In this document: positions 18,139 to 29,200 of the stretch, piece after piece
Position numbering within the stretch: the first letter of the stretch is position 1
Layout: each line of letters opens with the position of its first letter
NCBI GenBank assembly: GCA_963668625.2
Contig: CAXXKA010000006.1
Coordinates: 32,001 to 96,000, forward strand
DNA from: an uncultured candidate division Zixibacteria bacterium
GTDB taxonomy: Bacteria > Zixibacteria > MSB-5A5 > UBA10806 > 4484-95
DNA length: 64,000 nucleotides
Reading direction: 5' to 3'
Notes under the pieces: generated by a model
Seen by the model: only the letters and a program-made list of their open reading frames with translations
The model's database searches: none
Told to the model about the DNA's origin: nothing
Program-made: the position numbers and the translations under genes

Positions 18139-19416
18139 ATGGAAAAAAGACGAAATAATCACAGGGGTAAGCGAAAGCTGTACTGGGCTAATCTGCTTCA
18201 TTTTTACCAGCCGCCCGATCAGGACAGGGCCATTCTCGAGCGAGTGGTAAACGAATCTTATCATCCCGTGCTAAGGATATTCGAACAATTGCCCTCGGCC
18301 AAGGCCACTATCAATATTCAGGCATGCCTTATAGAGTTGTTGATTAAGACGGGATTCGGCAAAATAGTCAGTCGCATGAAAGACCTGGCCGATAAGGGAC
18401 AGATTGAGTTCATGATTACGCCCCGGTTTCATCCGTTTTTGCCGTATATACACGAGGAGGAGGCTGACCGGCAGATATTGCAACATATTAAAATCTGCAA
18501 AAAATACTTCGGCCTCAATTTCAATCCTAAAGGCCTGTATTCGCCGGAGATGGCGTATACCACTAATATAGGCAAATATGCCGCGCGTTATGGATGTCGT
18601 TGGATGCCGGTGGATGAAATTACTATCGATGGTAGTTTAAATAAAATCCAGTACGATCGCTTGTATATGGACAAAGGCGCCGGCGGCTTGGTGCTGGTTC
18701 CTCGTCACCGGGCGTTATCGGAGGCGATTGCCGGTAGTATTTTTGCCCGTGAACAGGTAAAAAACACCAATGACTTTATCGGCAAAATATCCGGAGGACA
18801 TCGCAAGTACGTGTTTACTGCCAATGATGTCGAGCATTTCGGGCATCACCATAAAGGCGGGCAAACGTTACTTCGCCTGCTATACCGCGATACCCGCTTG
18901 ACATCGGTTACGGTCTCGAAACTCCTCAATCATGTTCGCAAGAAAGAATATTGTAAAGCGCTACAATCGGATTGGACGAGCATGCCTGATGAGGTTCGCA
19001 AGCGCAATGTCCATTATACCTGGAAAGACCCGAACAATAAAATACACAAAGCCCTGTGGGAGCTGTATAAGCTGGCATTCACCGAGATAAAGAACGCCGG
19101 TCAATCCGGAGATATCCTGCATAACCGGGCTCGCGATATGCTGGGGGCCGCTGCACCGTCATGCAGTTTCTTCTGGTCATCATGCAAACCCTGGTGGTAT
19201 GGCGTATATCCGGAGGAAGCCGCGACAGGTATCTGCCTGGCTCTTTACTCTCTTCTGGCGCCGCCGCCGAAAATCAAGGATAGGGCTTTCAAACTCAGGC
19301 AGCAGATATTCGACCAGGTCAAGCAGATGAATAATTCGGGTGAGGCAAAAAAACTCCAACTGAAATATTTAAAATCGCGCAATATCGATCAGAAAAAGTT
19401 TTATAAGAAAAGTTAA
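18139..19416 (+). CDS. Glycoside hydrolase family 57 protein
   Basis: HFYQP, ESY, HPFLP, SPEM (nucleophile Glu), NDVEHFGHH (acid/base Asp), SCSFFW. Confidence 0.85.
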   Translation: MEKRRNNHRGKRKLYWANLLHFYQPPDQDRAILERVVNESYHPVLRIFEQLPSAKATINIQACLIELLIKTGFGKIVSRMKDLADKGQIEFMITPRFHPFLPYIHEEEADRQILQHIKICKKYFGLNFNPKGLYSPEMAYTTNIGKYAARYGCRWMPVDEITIDGSLNKIQYDRLYMDKGAGGLVLVPRHRALSEAIAGSIFAREQVKNTNDFIGKISGGHRKYVFTANDVEHFGHHHKGGQTLLRLLYRDTRLTSVTVSKLLNHVRKKEYCKALQSDWTSMPDEVRKRNVHYTWKDPNNKIHKALWELYKLAFTEIKNAGQSGDILHNRARDMLGAAAPSCSFFWSSCKPWWYGVYPEEAATGICLALYSLLAPPPKIKDRAFKLRQQIFDQVKQMNNSGEAKKLQLKYLKSRNIDQKKFYKKS

Positions 19417-19821
19417 TAGTTATTCGATTCGATTGCTGATCTCGGTCGAAGGGAAATCCGTCATCACTATTCGTGTTTGGTAATACCGACACTCGTTCAT
19501 ATACGACCGCTTTATTCGCTTTAACTTAATGGACCGCTGGTTTCCGGCATTTGGTTAAGGTACGCCTCAGGATATCGTACCTTCCATCCCGACACGCTGA
19601 CTATATGATTTTATCGAAGAATAATTTTTATCAAAACGATTCCCGGAGGAGTTAAACGATTCCCGGAGAAATATGGGACACTAGTGTTAATGAGCTTTTG
19701 TTATTTTTCATACTGAGGATTAAAAACATGGCGTAATTCAAAAAGGGCTCCGTCTCCGAAACCCTTTTTTTCTCACCCCTGATCTATTAAAGAAACCGCG
19801 ATGGTTCCTCGTATGCGATAG

Positions 19822-21681
19822 TTATTTCAGAAGGGTCATATTGCCTTTTAAAATCTCATCCTCGAAACGAATGACATAATAATATACTCCTGAGGCTTTA
19901 TCGCTGCCATTCCATTGTATGCTGTGATTACCGGCATCGAGGTAAGCTTGCTTCTCGGTCACCGCCCTGCCTAAAACATCGTATACGGTAAGGTTGACAT
20001 TCGCAGGCCTGTCTATACCGAACGATATCGTCGTGTACGGGTTAAACGGATTAGGATAATTCACCGGCAGACTAATCATGGAAGGAGTCTCCGGATTGTC
20101 ATCGACATCCACGCTAAACGGGTAATAGTCCGAGGATAGAAGCACATCCTCAGGATCGTAATCGAGCGAGTCGGCATCCGGGTCCTGAGACGGATCGGCT
20201 TGTCCCATATATATATCGCTGTAACCGACATAATCGCCGAGTTGTACGCGTAATTCGAGGATGTTGGTAATGTTGTCCTCGGCCACTGATGGCTGCCAGT
20301 CGAGCAGGTAGAGTTTGATTCTATCCCGGTTATGTTGATAAGTTAGCACCATCGTCGAGCCATCCACATAAGTTGCGTAGATAGATCTGTTACCCCAATC
20401 CCAAATACAAATGAAATCCTCGAAATGAGTCATCCAGGAGTAAACCTCGCCGTTATCCGAGGTTAATATGGCCGACACGGTATCAGAATTAACCAGGTCA
20501 ACCTCCGGTTCCAGATTGCTTCTTAGCCAAACAACGTTATTCCGACGGGGTTCGCGCAAGAATATTTTCAGTTTTTGAACATCCACGAAAAGTGAATCAT
20601 ACTCCGGCTCGGGTTCTTGTTCGATCGCTACCTGACGGGAGGCTATGCCGCCTCCGAAAGTGGAAACCCAGACATTGCCGGAGGAATCGAATGCAATATC
20701 GGAATAATAGTCGCCCCAGACTAATCCCGAATCAGGAGGTAAGTAGGCCTGCCAATTGCTGTCAGCCTGAAGAACATTAATCGCATAGTTGGTGCCTATC
20801 CAGAGATGGTTTGAGTCCGGGCGGGTGGCCAACGAATAAATATAGTCGGAAAGCAATGATGAGTTCGAGGTATTGTAGACATGCCATTTATCATCTGACT
20901 TAGCCGCCAGACCGAATCCGAACGTGCCAAAATATACGGTGCCGGAAACAGGATCGGTTTCGATTGTCTGTATTCTATTGGATGGCAGCCCGCTATTTTC
21001 GATATTAAACGTAACCCAATCGTTACCGTCGTAAGAAACCGCGCCACCGTTTAGCGTTCCTATCCAGAGTATGTTGTAGTTAGCGTCATAATCGATACTC
21101 TTTATATAGTCGGAGGGAATATAAGTACCTGGGTCGACCTTGAATACCTGTTGCTGTGAATCGGCATATGTAAATTCGGTCCGGAAATCTTTCTGGTATC
21201 GTATCCAGCCATCATCGGTAAAAAGAGATATACCCCCGCCATAAGTCGATACTATTCGACCCTCCGGGGTACCGGCTATTCCGGTGATAATCTGGTTAAT
21301 TTGAAGACCATCATTAGCCTCCGCCCAGAGCGAGTCGCTTAAAGTCATGTACGATAAACCCTCGCCTATAGGCTGTGTATCGAGGTTGCCCGAGGCGGAA
21401 CCTATAAATAGCGAATCTCCGCAAAATTCTGCAGAGTTTGCGTAATTTATGTATACGCTGGTTGAGTCCTCATTGAACGCATCCCAGCCGGTACTATCGA
21501 TCGTATATAATCCTCGACCGTTACTACCAATTAGTACTCTGCCATCAGGACTGACATTTATACTTGATATGTAATTCGTTTCGAGGGGGCTATTTAACTG
21601 TGTATATGGCGTCCACTCGGCGAAAATTATGGGGGCCGCCAATATCACAATTAGCCCAATTAATAAAGTTTTTTCTCTCAT
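19822..21681 (-). CDS. Secreted beta-propeller (Reg_prop-like repeats) protein with T9SS-type C-terminal domain
   Basis: Signal peptide from Met at 21681; NSGLPSNRI and LWIGT repeats; NYPNPFN...ASGVYYY tail. Confidence 0.8.
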   Translation of the reverse strand: MREKTLLIGLIVILAAPIIFAEWTPYTQLNSPLETNYISSINVSPDGRVLIGSNGRGLYTIDSTGWDAFNEDSTSVYINYANSAEFCGDSLFIGSASGNLDTQPIGEGLSYMTLSDSLWAEANDGLQINQIITGIAGTPEGRIVSTYGGGISLFTDDGWIRYQKDFRTEFTYADSQQQVFKVDPGTYIPSDYIKSIDYDANYNILWIGTLNGGAVSYDGNDWVTFNIENSGLPSNRIQTIETDPVSGTVYFGTFGFGLAAKSDDKWHVYNTSNSSLLSDYIYSLATRPDSNHLWIGTNYAINVLQADSNWQAYLPPDSGLVWGDYYSDIAFDSSGNVWVSTFGGGIASRQVAIEQEPEPEYDSLFVDVQKLKIFLREPRRNNVVWLRSNLEPEVDLVNSDTVSAILTSDNGEVYSWMTHFEDFICIWDWGNRSIYATYVDGSTMVLTYQHNRDRIKLYLLDWQPSVAEDNITNILELRVQLGDYVGYSDIYMGQADPSQDPDADSLDYDPEDVLLSSDYYPFSVDVDDNPETPSMISLPVNYPNPFNPYTTISFGIDRPANVNLTVYDVLGRAVTEKQAYLDAGNHSIQWNGSDKASGVYYYVIRFEDEILKGNMTLLK

Positions 21682-21730
21682 TGCATCCCTCTTTTTTAAG
21701 TAATCATCCCATCTCAACCCCTATTATACT

Positions 21731-21746
21731 GGCAAAATACGGGCCT
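21731..21746 (-). promoter_or_regulatory. Putative sigma-54 promoter
   Basis: Minus strand reads AGGCCCGTATTTTGCC (GG-N10-GC), about 50 nt upstream of the start codon. Confidence 0.4.
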
Positions 21747-21882
21747 TCTCAATATTTAACTGCAACGCCCTGACATATGTTTCTAATGTATTATGCAATA
21801 AGGCCTTAATGATAGAGCCGCAAATGCTATTTTATTGAGACTAATCTCATTGTTTGGATAGTATTCATTTCATTGCACAGTC

Positions 21883-21923
21883 TGTTCAATAATTAAACAG
21901 CTCAACTATTCAATTTTTGAACA
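21883..21923. promoter_or_regulatory. Tandem palindromic operator/enhancer sites TGTTCA-N5-TGAACA
   Basis: TGTTCA-ATAAT-TAAACA (21883-21899) and TATTCA-ATTTT-TGAACA (21907-21923); a perfect version is at 42835-42851. Confidence 0.45.
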
Positions 21924-22199
21924 GCTCGTTGGATTTGCTGTTGTTATCATGAAATTAAACTGATTATACATTTTTTAATATTCATTAGTTGGATACGCCG
22001 AGCTGAAATATTAACCGAATTTTTTAAAATTACTTTTAGAAGTATATCGAGTATTGATTTTCAGAGTATCTTGTATATTTATAATAATTATATCAGTATC
22101 ATTCAAAATATTAAAAAATGATTAGTTTAGGCTTGATTTCCGGATAATAACCGTATATTATTGATTTCTGCTGTTATTGAAAAATACAGTGGTTTTTAT

Positions 22200-22273
<74 letters not shown>

Positions 22274-22286
22274 TTTTTTTATTGAT

Positions 22287-22529
22287 CCTGAAAACCACCG
22301 GTTTACCCGGTGCGTACGTTTAAAGCGAAGCATTTGTAGAAAAGTATAGTTATCCACCGCGAGGACTGATTCTCTCAATAGCGTCACTATCCTATATCTT
22401 TCCTTACCTCGGAGGGGGTAAACCAGTACCGCCCTTTCCTAATCCCTGGATCCTGAATTAAGTTCAGGATGATATCAACGGCTTAAGCCTTCAGGATAAA
22501 AGCCACAGCTGTGGTCTGTAGTAGTTTAC
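22287..22529 (+). mobile_element. Non-autonomous IS200/IS605-like palindromic element (copy B, 243 bp)
   Basis: TTGAT|CCTGAAAACCACCGG ... GTAGTTTAC; homologous to 17537-18051. Confidence 0.7.
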
Positions 22530-22683
22530 TTTAATAGCTTAATCAGCTTTCTATCTTTCACTCTAAATCGTTTCTTATTACGGAGTATATTATTGTTAAT
22601 TTTTCTGCTATAATAGAATGTGTGGTGTATTAAGATAGTATTTCAGAATTGTATAAAAATGTTGTATATGGAGAAAGATTATT

Positions 22684-23334
22684 ATGATTATTAGTAGATT
22701 TAACCGCTTTAATGATAATATTTATTATAATCAAAAGTGCAAAAGAGTAATTAAATACTTTTCAAGCAGCTACCCCAATAGATCAAGATTTATAAGCAGT
22801 TTTTTCAGATCAGGAGAACGCGAAAGAATATCCTTTGTAAAAAAAATGATTATGCAAAACTCATATTCGAGAGTTTTGGATATTGGCTGTGGAGATGGAT
22901 ATTTTCTTTCTCAAGTCTTAGAAACTGGTATTGAGTTACTTAGAATAGAGGATATTAATCCTAAAAATATTGAATCGGCTGAAAACCGATTACATTCTTA
23001 TGCAGTCAATCTTGATTCCCAAACTATTGACTCTCTTAAAAACTGCGAACAAACAAAATATGATCTAGTTATGGCAATCGGATTATTAGACTATTACCCG
23101 AATTGGGAGATGTTATTAACTTTCTTATTACAAAAAACCGAGAAAACTTTGATTCTTGATTTCCCTAGAGCATATACTTTCCAATGGTTCTTGAGGTGTA
23201 TTTGGCTTATGCTTCATCGAATCGAGCTGAATTTCGCAGTTAAAAAGACAATAATAAAATTATTGGATTCAATAAATTATAATTTTGAGATAGAAAAATT
23301 ATCTTATAGTTGGCTGGTTAAAATCGATAAATAA
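22684..23334 (+). CDS. Class I SAM-dependent methyltransferase (AT-rich)
   Basis: VLDIGCGDG motif I; YDLVMAIGLLDY. Confidence 0.85.
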   Translation: MIISRFNRFNDNIYYNQKCKRVIKYFSSSYPNRSRFISSFFRSGERERISFVKKMIMQNSYSRVLDIGCGDGYFLSQVLETGIELLRIEDINPKNIESAENRLHSYAVNLDSQTIDSLKNCEQTKYDLVMAIGLLDYYPNWEMLLTFLLQKTEKTLILDFPRAYTFQWFLRCIWLMLHRIELNFAVKKTIIKLLDSINYNFEIEKLSYSWLVKIDK

Positions 23335-23601
23335 CTTGATGTGGAAAATGATATTTTCAAAAACATATAGAAAGGATTCGGATAAGCAATTTCGGAGGAT
23401 CAGGCAAAAAGTATTACTAAGTGTAGACTGGAAATAAGTATTTTTTGTAATAATTGTTACTCGATTATTGGATTAATCTATGTTAGTGGGATTGCCTGAT
23501 AATAGTTGCAGACCGGGCAGCTCGTAGTTTTCGGCTATATGGATGCGCCCTGGTTGAACGAGATTTTAATAATACGGAATTAGTAAGATAAACGAGGCAT
23601 A

Positions 23602-24969
23602 ATGACAGAGTTATTACTTATAAGGCCAGGTATAGCAAAAAAAACAGATAAGCGCTGGAGTGTTGTGCCCCCTCTGGGGATAGGTTACCTGGCAGCCGTT
23701 GCCAGGAAAAACGGTATTGGAGTACAAGTAATCGATAGTAAACAAATGGGGCATACCTCCATTGATATGACAATAGATGAAATAATAAAAATCAAGCCGA
23801 AATTCATAGGTATCTCTGCCTTGACCGAGGAATATCCTCAAGCTAAATCAATTGCATGCAAAGCAAAAGAGTTCGTGGATAAGCCAATAACTATTCTGGG
23901 AGGCGCTCATGCTAATGCTCTTCCCATCGAGACTATAAAAGAGTCGCCGGAGTTCGATTATGTATTTGCCGGTGATGGCGAATTGTTATTCAACAGGGAA
24001 AATCTCGCTTGTCTCGAGGAGCAAAGAGAGATAAATGATATACCCGGATTATTTGGAAGAACCGGCGACTTCAGCCCGAATCGGAATCAGACGCCGGTTT
24101 ATAAAAGTGAATTAGCCGATGGCATTTTCCCGGCTTGGGACCTTTTCCCCAAAGCTAAAATTTACCCTATCTTGACCGAACGGGGTTGTCCATTTAAGTG
24201 CGTTTTTTGCAGCAGGAACTCCTCTTTCAAAATAAGGAAAAGGCCTATCAAGAGCGTCATAGAAGAAATCGAATGGCTGGATCATGAGTTTCAACCCGAG
24301 CAAATACACTTCGAGGATGAAACTTTCGGATTGAATAAACAAAGAATCATCAGCTTATTAGAATGGCTTATCGAATACAACAGGAAATCAAGAATCACTT
24401 TTAAAGCTCAAACACGCGTTGATAAAATATCGTATGATATGTTGATACTGATGAAAAGGGCGGGATTCGAATTCGTCGAATACGGTGTAGAATCGGGCGA
24501 TCCCGAAGTTTTACGGCAATCCGGAAAAATGATTTGCCGGGAACAGGTTTCAAATGCCGTTGAGCTGGCTAAGAAGGCCGGTATAAAAGTATGGCTTAAA
24601 TTCATAATCGGATTGCCGGGAGAGTCAAGGAACTCCATACGAAATACTATAGATTTTGCGGTTAAACTAAATCCACATCGGTTGTCGGTAGCCGTTATCG
24701 TAGCTTATCCCGGATGCGATATATACAGATGGGCTTTAGCCGGTAAAAAGGGGTACAGGTTTACCTCCAGGGAGTGGAATAAATTCGACAAGTATTTTTC
24801 TAATTCGATCGAATTGGACGGATTACCGGCAAAGCTTATGCGACGATATCAGATACAAATGTATCTGGAGACTTATATGAGGAATTACAGGTTTTTAGAT
24901 TTAATAAAGATGGTTAAAAACAATTCGTATATTATCAAACCTGTTTTATTAAATTTACTCAAAAGATAA
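23602..24969 (+). CDS. B12-binding radical SAM protein
   Basis: PPLGIGYLAA and LGGAHA cobalamin domain; RGCPFKCVFC (CX3CX2C); DETF, GVESG, IGLPGE. Confidence 0.92.
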   Translation: MTELLLIRPGIAKKTDKRWSVVPPLGIGYLAAVARKNGIGVQVIDSKQMGHTSIDMTIDEIIKIKPKFIGISALTEEYPQAKSIACKAKEFVDKPITILGGAHANALPIETIKESPEFDYVFAGDGELLFNRENLACLEEQREINDIPGLFGRTGDFSPNRNQTPVYKSELADGIFPAWDLFPKAKIYPILTERGCPFKCVFCSRNSSFKIRKRPIKSVIEEIEWLDHEFQPEQIHFEDETFGLNKQRIISLLEWLIEYNRKSRITFKAQTRVDKISYDMLILMKRAGFEFVEYGVESGDPEVLRQSGKMICREQVSNAVELAKKAGIKVWLKFIIGLPGESRNSIRNTIDFAVKLNPHRLSVAVIVAYPGCDIYRWALAGKKGYRFTSREWNKFDKYFSNSIELDGLPAKLMRRYQIQMYLETYMRNYRFLDLIKMVKNNSYIIKPVLLNLLKR

Positions 24970-24989
24970 TAATATAACGAGGTTTTTCA

Positions 24990-26222
24990 TTGAGATTACT
25001 TTTCATCAGGCAAAATTATCCACCCGAACGCGGTCCATTCAGATATATTTATAATCTCGCCGGCGATTTGGCGTTGAGGGGGCATGAGGTCACTGTCGTA
25101 ACCGGCATACCTCATTACCCTTATGGAGTTCCTTATGATGGCTATAAGAGATATAATTATAAAATCCAGTATGAAAATGGGGTAAAAGTAATCAGGTTGC
25201 CCTTACTAATGGCATCCAACACCCAACCTCTCAAGCGTATAGCGGGTTTTTTTTCATTCGCCATCTCATCTCTCTGCGCTTTAATGTTGGTAGAGAAGCC
25301 ACAAATAATCATATGCTCTGTTCCTCCGCTAACCGTTTCTTTGACCGTTTCGATTATTTCTATAATGAGGAAGATTCCGCAGGTATTAATGCTGCATGAT
25401 TTTGAACCTTTGCGATCACTGGAGTTAAGAGGTAAAATCGATAATCCTTTCGCTCGCTGGATGGTAGCGAAATTCGCGAGCTTATACGGTAATGCCGATA
25501 AAATAATCGTGCCTATCTACGACGAATATCAAGCATTGATGGAATATGGTATTGATAAAAATAAGGTTGATATAATACCTCATGGCGTTGACCCGATTAA
25601 ATTCGATGAATTATCTAGATTTGATATTCCTTTCAAGCTGACCGGTAATCCAGGCAGGAGAAAAGCCTTATATTTAGGCACAATCGGTATGGCGCATGAT
25701 GTTGAGACAACAATAAAAGCATTTGCCGATAGCAGAATACGCGAAATGCCGATAGATCTATTCGTTGTCGGGGATGGCGAATGCTTGCCTGAATGCAGAG
25801 CGATCGTTAATGATTATAATCTGGATAATGTATTTTTGTTACCGCCGGTAGATTTTACATGGGTTCCTAATGTGCTGAGTCAGGCCGATATACTTATAAT
25901 GTCACAAAAACCGCAACCGTTCAGCCTGGGCTCGAAGTTTTGCGAATATCTGGCCGCCGGGATACCTCTTATGGTAAATAGCACCGGTATACTGGCAAGG
26001 ACTATAAAAAAAATCGGTAATGGTTGGATATTCGATGCTTATAAACCTGACAGCTTGGTTAAAGCTCTGGATGAGTACCTGAGTTTATCTCAGTGTTCTC
26101 TCGATATGCTGAAATTCAATAGCCGCCATGCCGCTGAAGAAATTTACAACTCCAGAGCTTACCATGATAAATGGGAAAAAATATTACAGTTATTATCGGA
26201 TAAGCATAGTCAAATTGCTTAG
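24990..26222 (+). CDS. Glycosyltransferase family 4 (WbuB-like)
   Basis: NYPPE, GHEVTVVTG.PHYP, YLGTIGMAH, VGDG, SKFCEYLAAGIP; TTG start with RBS GAGG. Confidence 0.88.
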   Translation: MRLLFIRQNYPPERGPFRYIYNLAGDLALRGHEVTVVTGIPHYPYGVPYDGYKRYNYKIQYENGVKVIRLPLLMASNTQPLKRIAGFFSFAISSLCALMLVEKPQIIICSVPPLTVSLTVSIISIMRKIPQVLMLHDFEPLRSLELRGKIDNPFARWMVAKFASLYGNADKIIVPIYDEYQALMEYGIDKNKVDIIPHGVDPIKFDELSRFDIPFKLTGNPGRRKALYLGTIGMAHDVETTIKAFADSRIREMPIDLFVVGDGECLPECRAIVNDYNLDNVFLLPPVDFTWVPNVLSQADILIMSQKPQPFSLGSKFCEYLAAGIPLMVNSTGILARTIKKIGNGWIFDAYKPDSLVKALDEYLSLSQCSLDMLKFNSRHAAEEIYNSRAYHDKWEKILQLLSDKHSQIA

Positions 26223-26234
26223 TCGATGGCCTGT

Positions 26235-29200
26235 TTATTTGGCTTCTAGTCCTATTTTGCCGATAATCATCCCGCCTTCACAATCGCCCCTAAACGGCGG
26301 CTGACCCACACCCCGGAAATATTGCACCAGGTAGGTGACATCCGAGCCGATAACCGCACAATCGCCGTTGGAGTCTCCGGCTAAAAGAGGATTCGAGGGG
26401 GGCGTGATTCCCCGGAAATAACTGACCAGGTAACTGACATCCGCGCCTACCACTAAACCATCACAGTTGGCATCCCCGGGAGGCAGAATGGTTAACTTGC
26501 GCACCTGGGGTTCGGGCATGCCGCCCTGCCTGACCAGCGAAAAATCATCGATTGCTTCGACACGCCAATATATGACACCGCCGCCTATAGCCAGGAGATC
26601 GGTGGTTAAAACCAGGCTGGTATCAATCAGTTCAGGATATGAGATCACATAATCGTTAAACAGGCTGTCAGGGGAGAGGTAAAGCGTATAGTCGAAACGG
26701 GACATAGGATCGATATCGTAGGATTGCCCCCAGATGAAATAGGTGTAGTAATCCACCCGGTTGATATCGTTTTCGGGATTGTACAAAGCGAACGGTTCCG
26801 GCGGATTGCTTTCCGGGTTGTAATAAAATTCTCTGCTTTGAGTATGACCCGATTGATCGCCGAACCTGTTTAAGGCGTTTACTCTCCAGAAATAACGGGT
26901 GTTATCCTCGAGTAAGCCTAACGTATCGATTAGGTTAATAGCCACCTGAACGGTATCTGACAATCCCGAGGCCAAGCTGTCGGCATCTATCTCTGCAGAT
27001 AAAAACAACGAGTCATCATCAATTTGGATAGCGTAGAAAACGGTGTCGAGTTGATACGGATTCGGTACTTTCAGCCAACTCAAGAACCCCAGAGAATCAA
27101 TCATTTCCTCACTACCCGGTAATACAAGCTCAGTCATAAGTGGAGTGCCATGGAGAAACGGGTAGATACCCATATCAGCTCTGGAGTTGTCAGCATCCAG
27201 AACCGAAAGCGGATCGCCGGTATCGATACAGGGTGAGCCAAGCTGGAAATGGTAGTCGTAAGGCTCACCGCCGATAAACAGCGGATCGGTAGAGATATTG
27301 CCGTTTATACCGGTTTGATCGGGTATGCCGACATAGTTGCCGCCGCTATTATTGCTAAGATTGGAATATTGAATCTGGTATTCAAACAATGATGAGTCGC
27401 CATTGAGAGTCAAGCATTCGCCATCATTATCACTGAGTACGGAGTTGTTCATGAACAAATAACAGGAAAGCGTATCTTGAGGGTAAATCAACACGGTTGT
27501 TCCAACGTTGTTCGCTATTATGCATTTATTCAGATTGATATCCGAACGATCATTACAAATCGCGCTTCCCCCGATTCCGAAAGTGGTATTGCCATAAAAC
27601 ATACTCTTCTCAATCGATACATCACTCATCGAGGCATACAGGCCACCGCCAACCCCGGCATTCTTTTCGAAAATACAATCCTCGATCGTGATATCAGCCA
27701 GGCCACTCATTATTGCGCCTCCGGCGGCGGAATAGTTGGACAGGAAAAACGAATGTTTTATCGTCACGTCAGCGTTCAGGCAGAAAACCGCGCCGCCATC
27801 GTTGAAAGCGTTGTTGTTCACGAAAACGCAATTGTCAATGCTCAAATCAACCGAGTTGGTTTGAATCGCGCCGCCATTGCCGCCGATGATTTCGTTATAG
27901 CTATTAACTATGGATAAACCCGTAATCGAATTCGATGAATTTTCCGAACCGATGAATTTAAAACCGAAATGTTCCTCTGTATGCTCTGAGGCTTCGCAGT
28001 CGATAATAGTTCCCGAGGCTCCGGATATGGAATTAATAACCAGGTTTCTATCATTAACGATTATATCTCGGTTTCCGTCCCCCGTATATGTCCCCGGCAT
28101 CAACATCACCGTATCACTATCAACAGCTCGGGTTATGCCTTTTCGTATGGTAGCGTAGGGTAAATCATACGAGCCATCCCCGGTGATATCATTCCCGGTT
28201 GTCGAGACATATATGATCCTGTTTTCATATATACAGTCGGTTCCATACCTTCCGATTAACTTGTTACAATCGTTATTGGATGGCGAGCAGGGGGAGATAT
28301 CATGAAGATAATAATTGCCGGTATCGGGGAAACAGAACCTAGGATCGATGGAGATATTGCCATTCGTTCCTACTTGATCTGCGATACCGATGAAATTGCC
28401 CGCCTGGTTATCATAAAAATCATTACAGGTGATAGTGTAGTTGATCATAGTCGTATCACTCAAGCATATATAACCCGCGCCGGCGTTGTTGGCGATTATA
28501 CAATTTCCTATGAATGGCGATATAGCAAAACCGCTTACGATTGGCGTCGTATAATTTTCTACCAGAGTCGAATGATTTATCGAAAAGCTTCCCCAGGCTA
28601 CCTCTATATAAATAGAGCCGGTGTTGCGAGCATACAGGCAACTATCCAGGCGAATGGAGGCCTCCGTGCCGGCGCCCTCGATGCCACCGACATTATCGAA
28701 AATCAGGCAGTTTTCGAAATTGAGCATCGCCTCGGATTCGCTGGATCCGCCCACGTGACCGATCTGATAAGTGCAGCCCTCGATAGTGGAATTGCTGATC
28801 ACGACATGATCCAATGATCTCAGGTAAAAAACCGTACCGTTATTTTCCAACATGCAGTTATCGACCATGCAACCGGCATCGAATACCAGGTAATTACCTT
28901 CGATCCGGCAATTTTCGAAAAATCTTTCGTAGTGTGGGAAATACCCCTCATCGGTATATACCAGGGAGTTATTCAAAATCTGGCTGTTGCTTACCGAGAA
29001 CGATACATCCCTGTCCAGCCGGATATCCTCATCGGTTAACCTGCTATCGTACTCATTGAGCATCGCGCCGTTGCCTGATATCATGCACGAGTCGACCAGC
29101 AGAATGGGGCTGCCTTTGGGCCAGTCGAACACGGTGGAATTGCCGCTGAACCGACAATTGTTACAGCTTATAGTTCTATACGGGGCTAGATAAGGAATCG

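Noticed and set aside
19634-19668. Mini CRISPR array
   Set aside because: Only two 15-bp units separated by 5 bp.
23339-23437. 32-aa ORF (MWKMIFSK...) as a RiPP precursor for the B12 radical SAM enzyme
   Set aside because: No RBS, no leader/core character, and the neighbours point to glycan tailoring.
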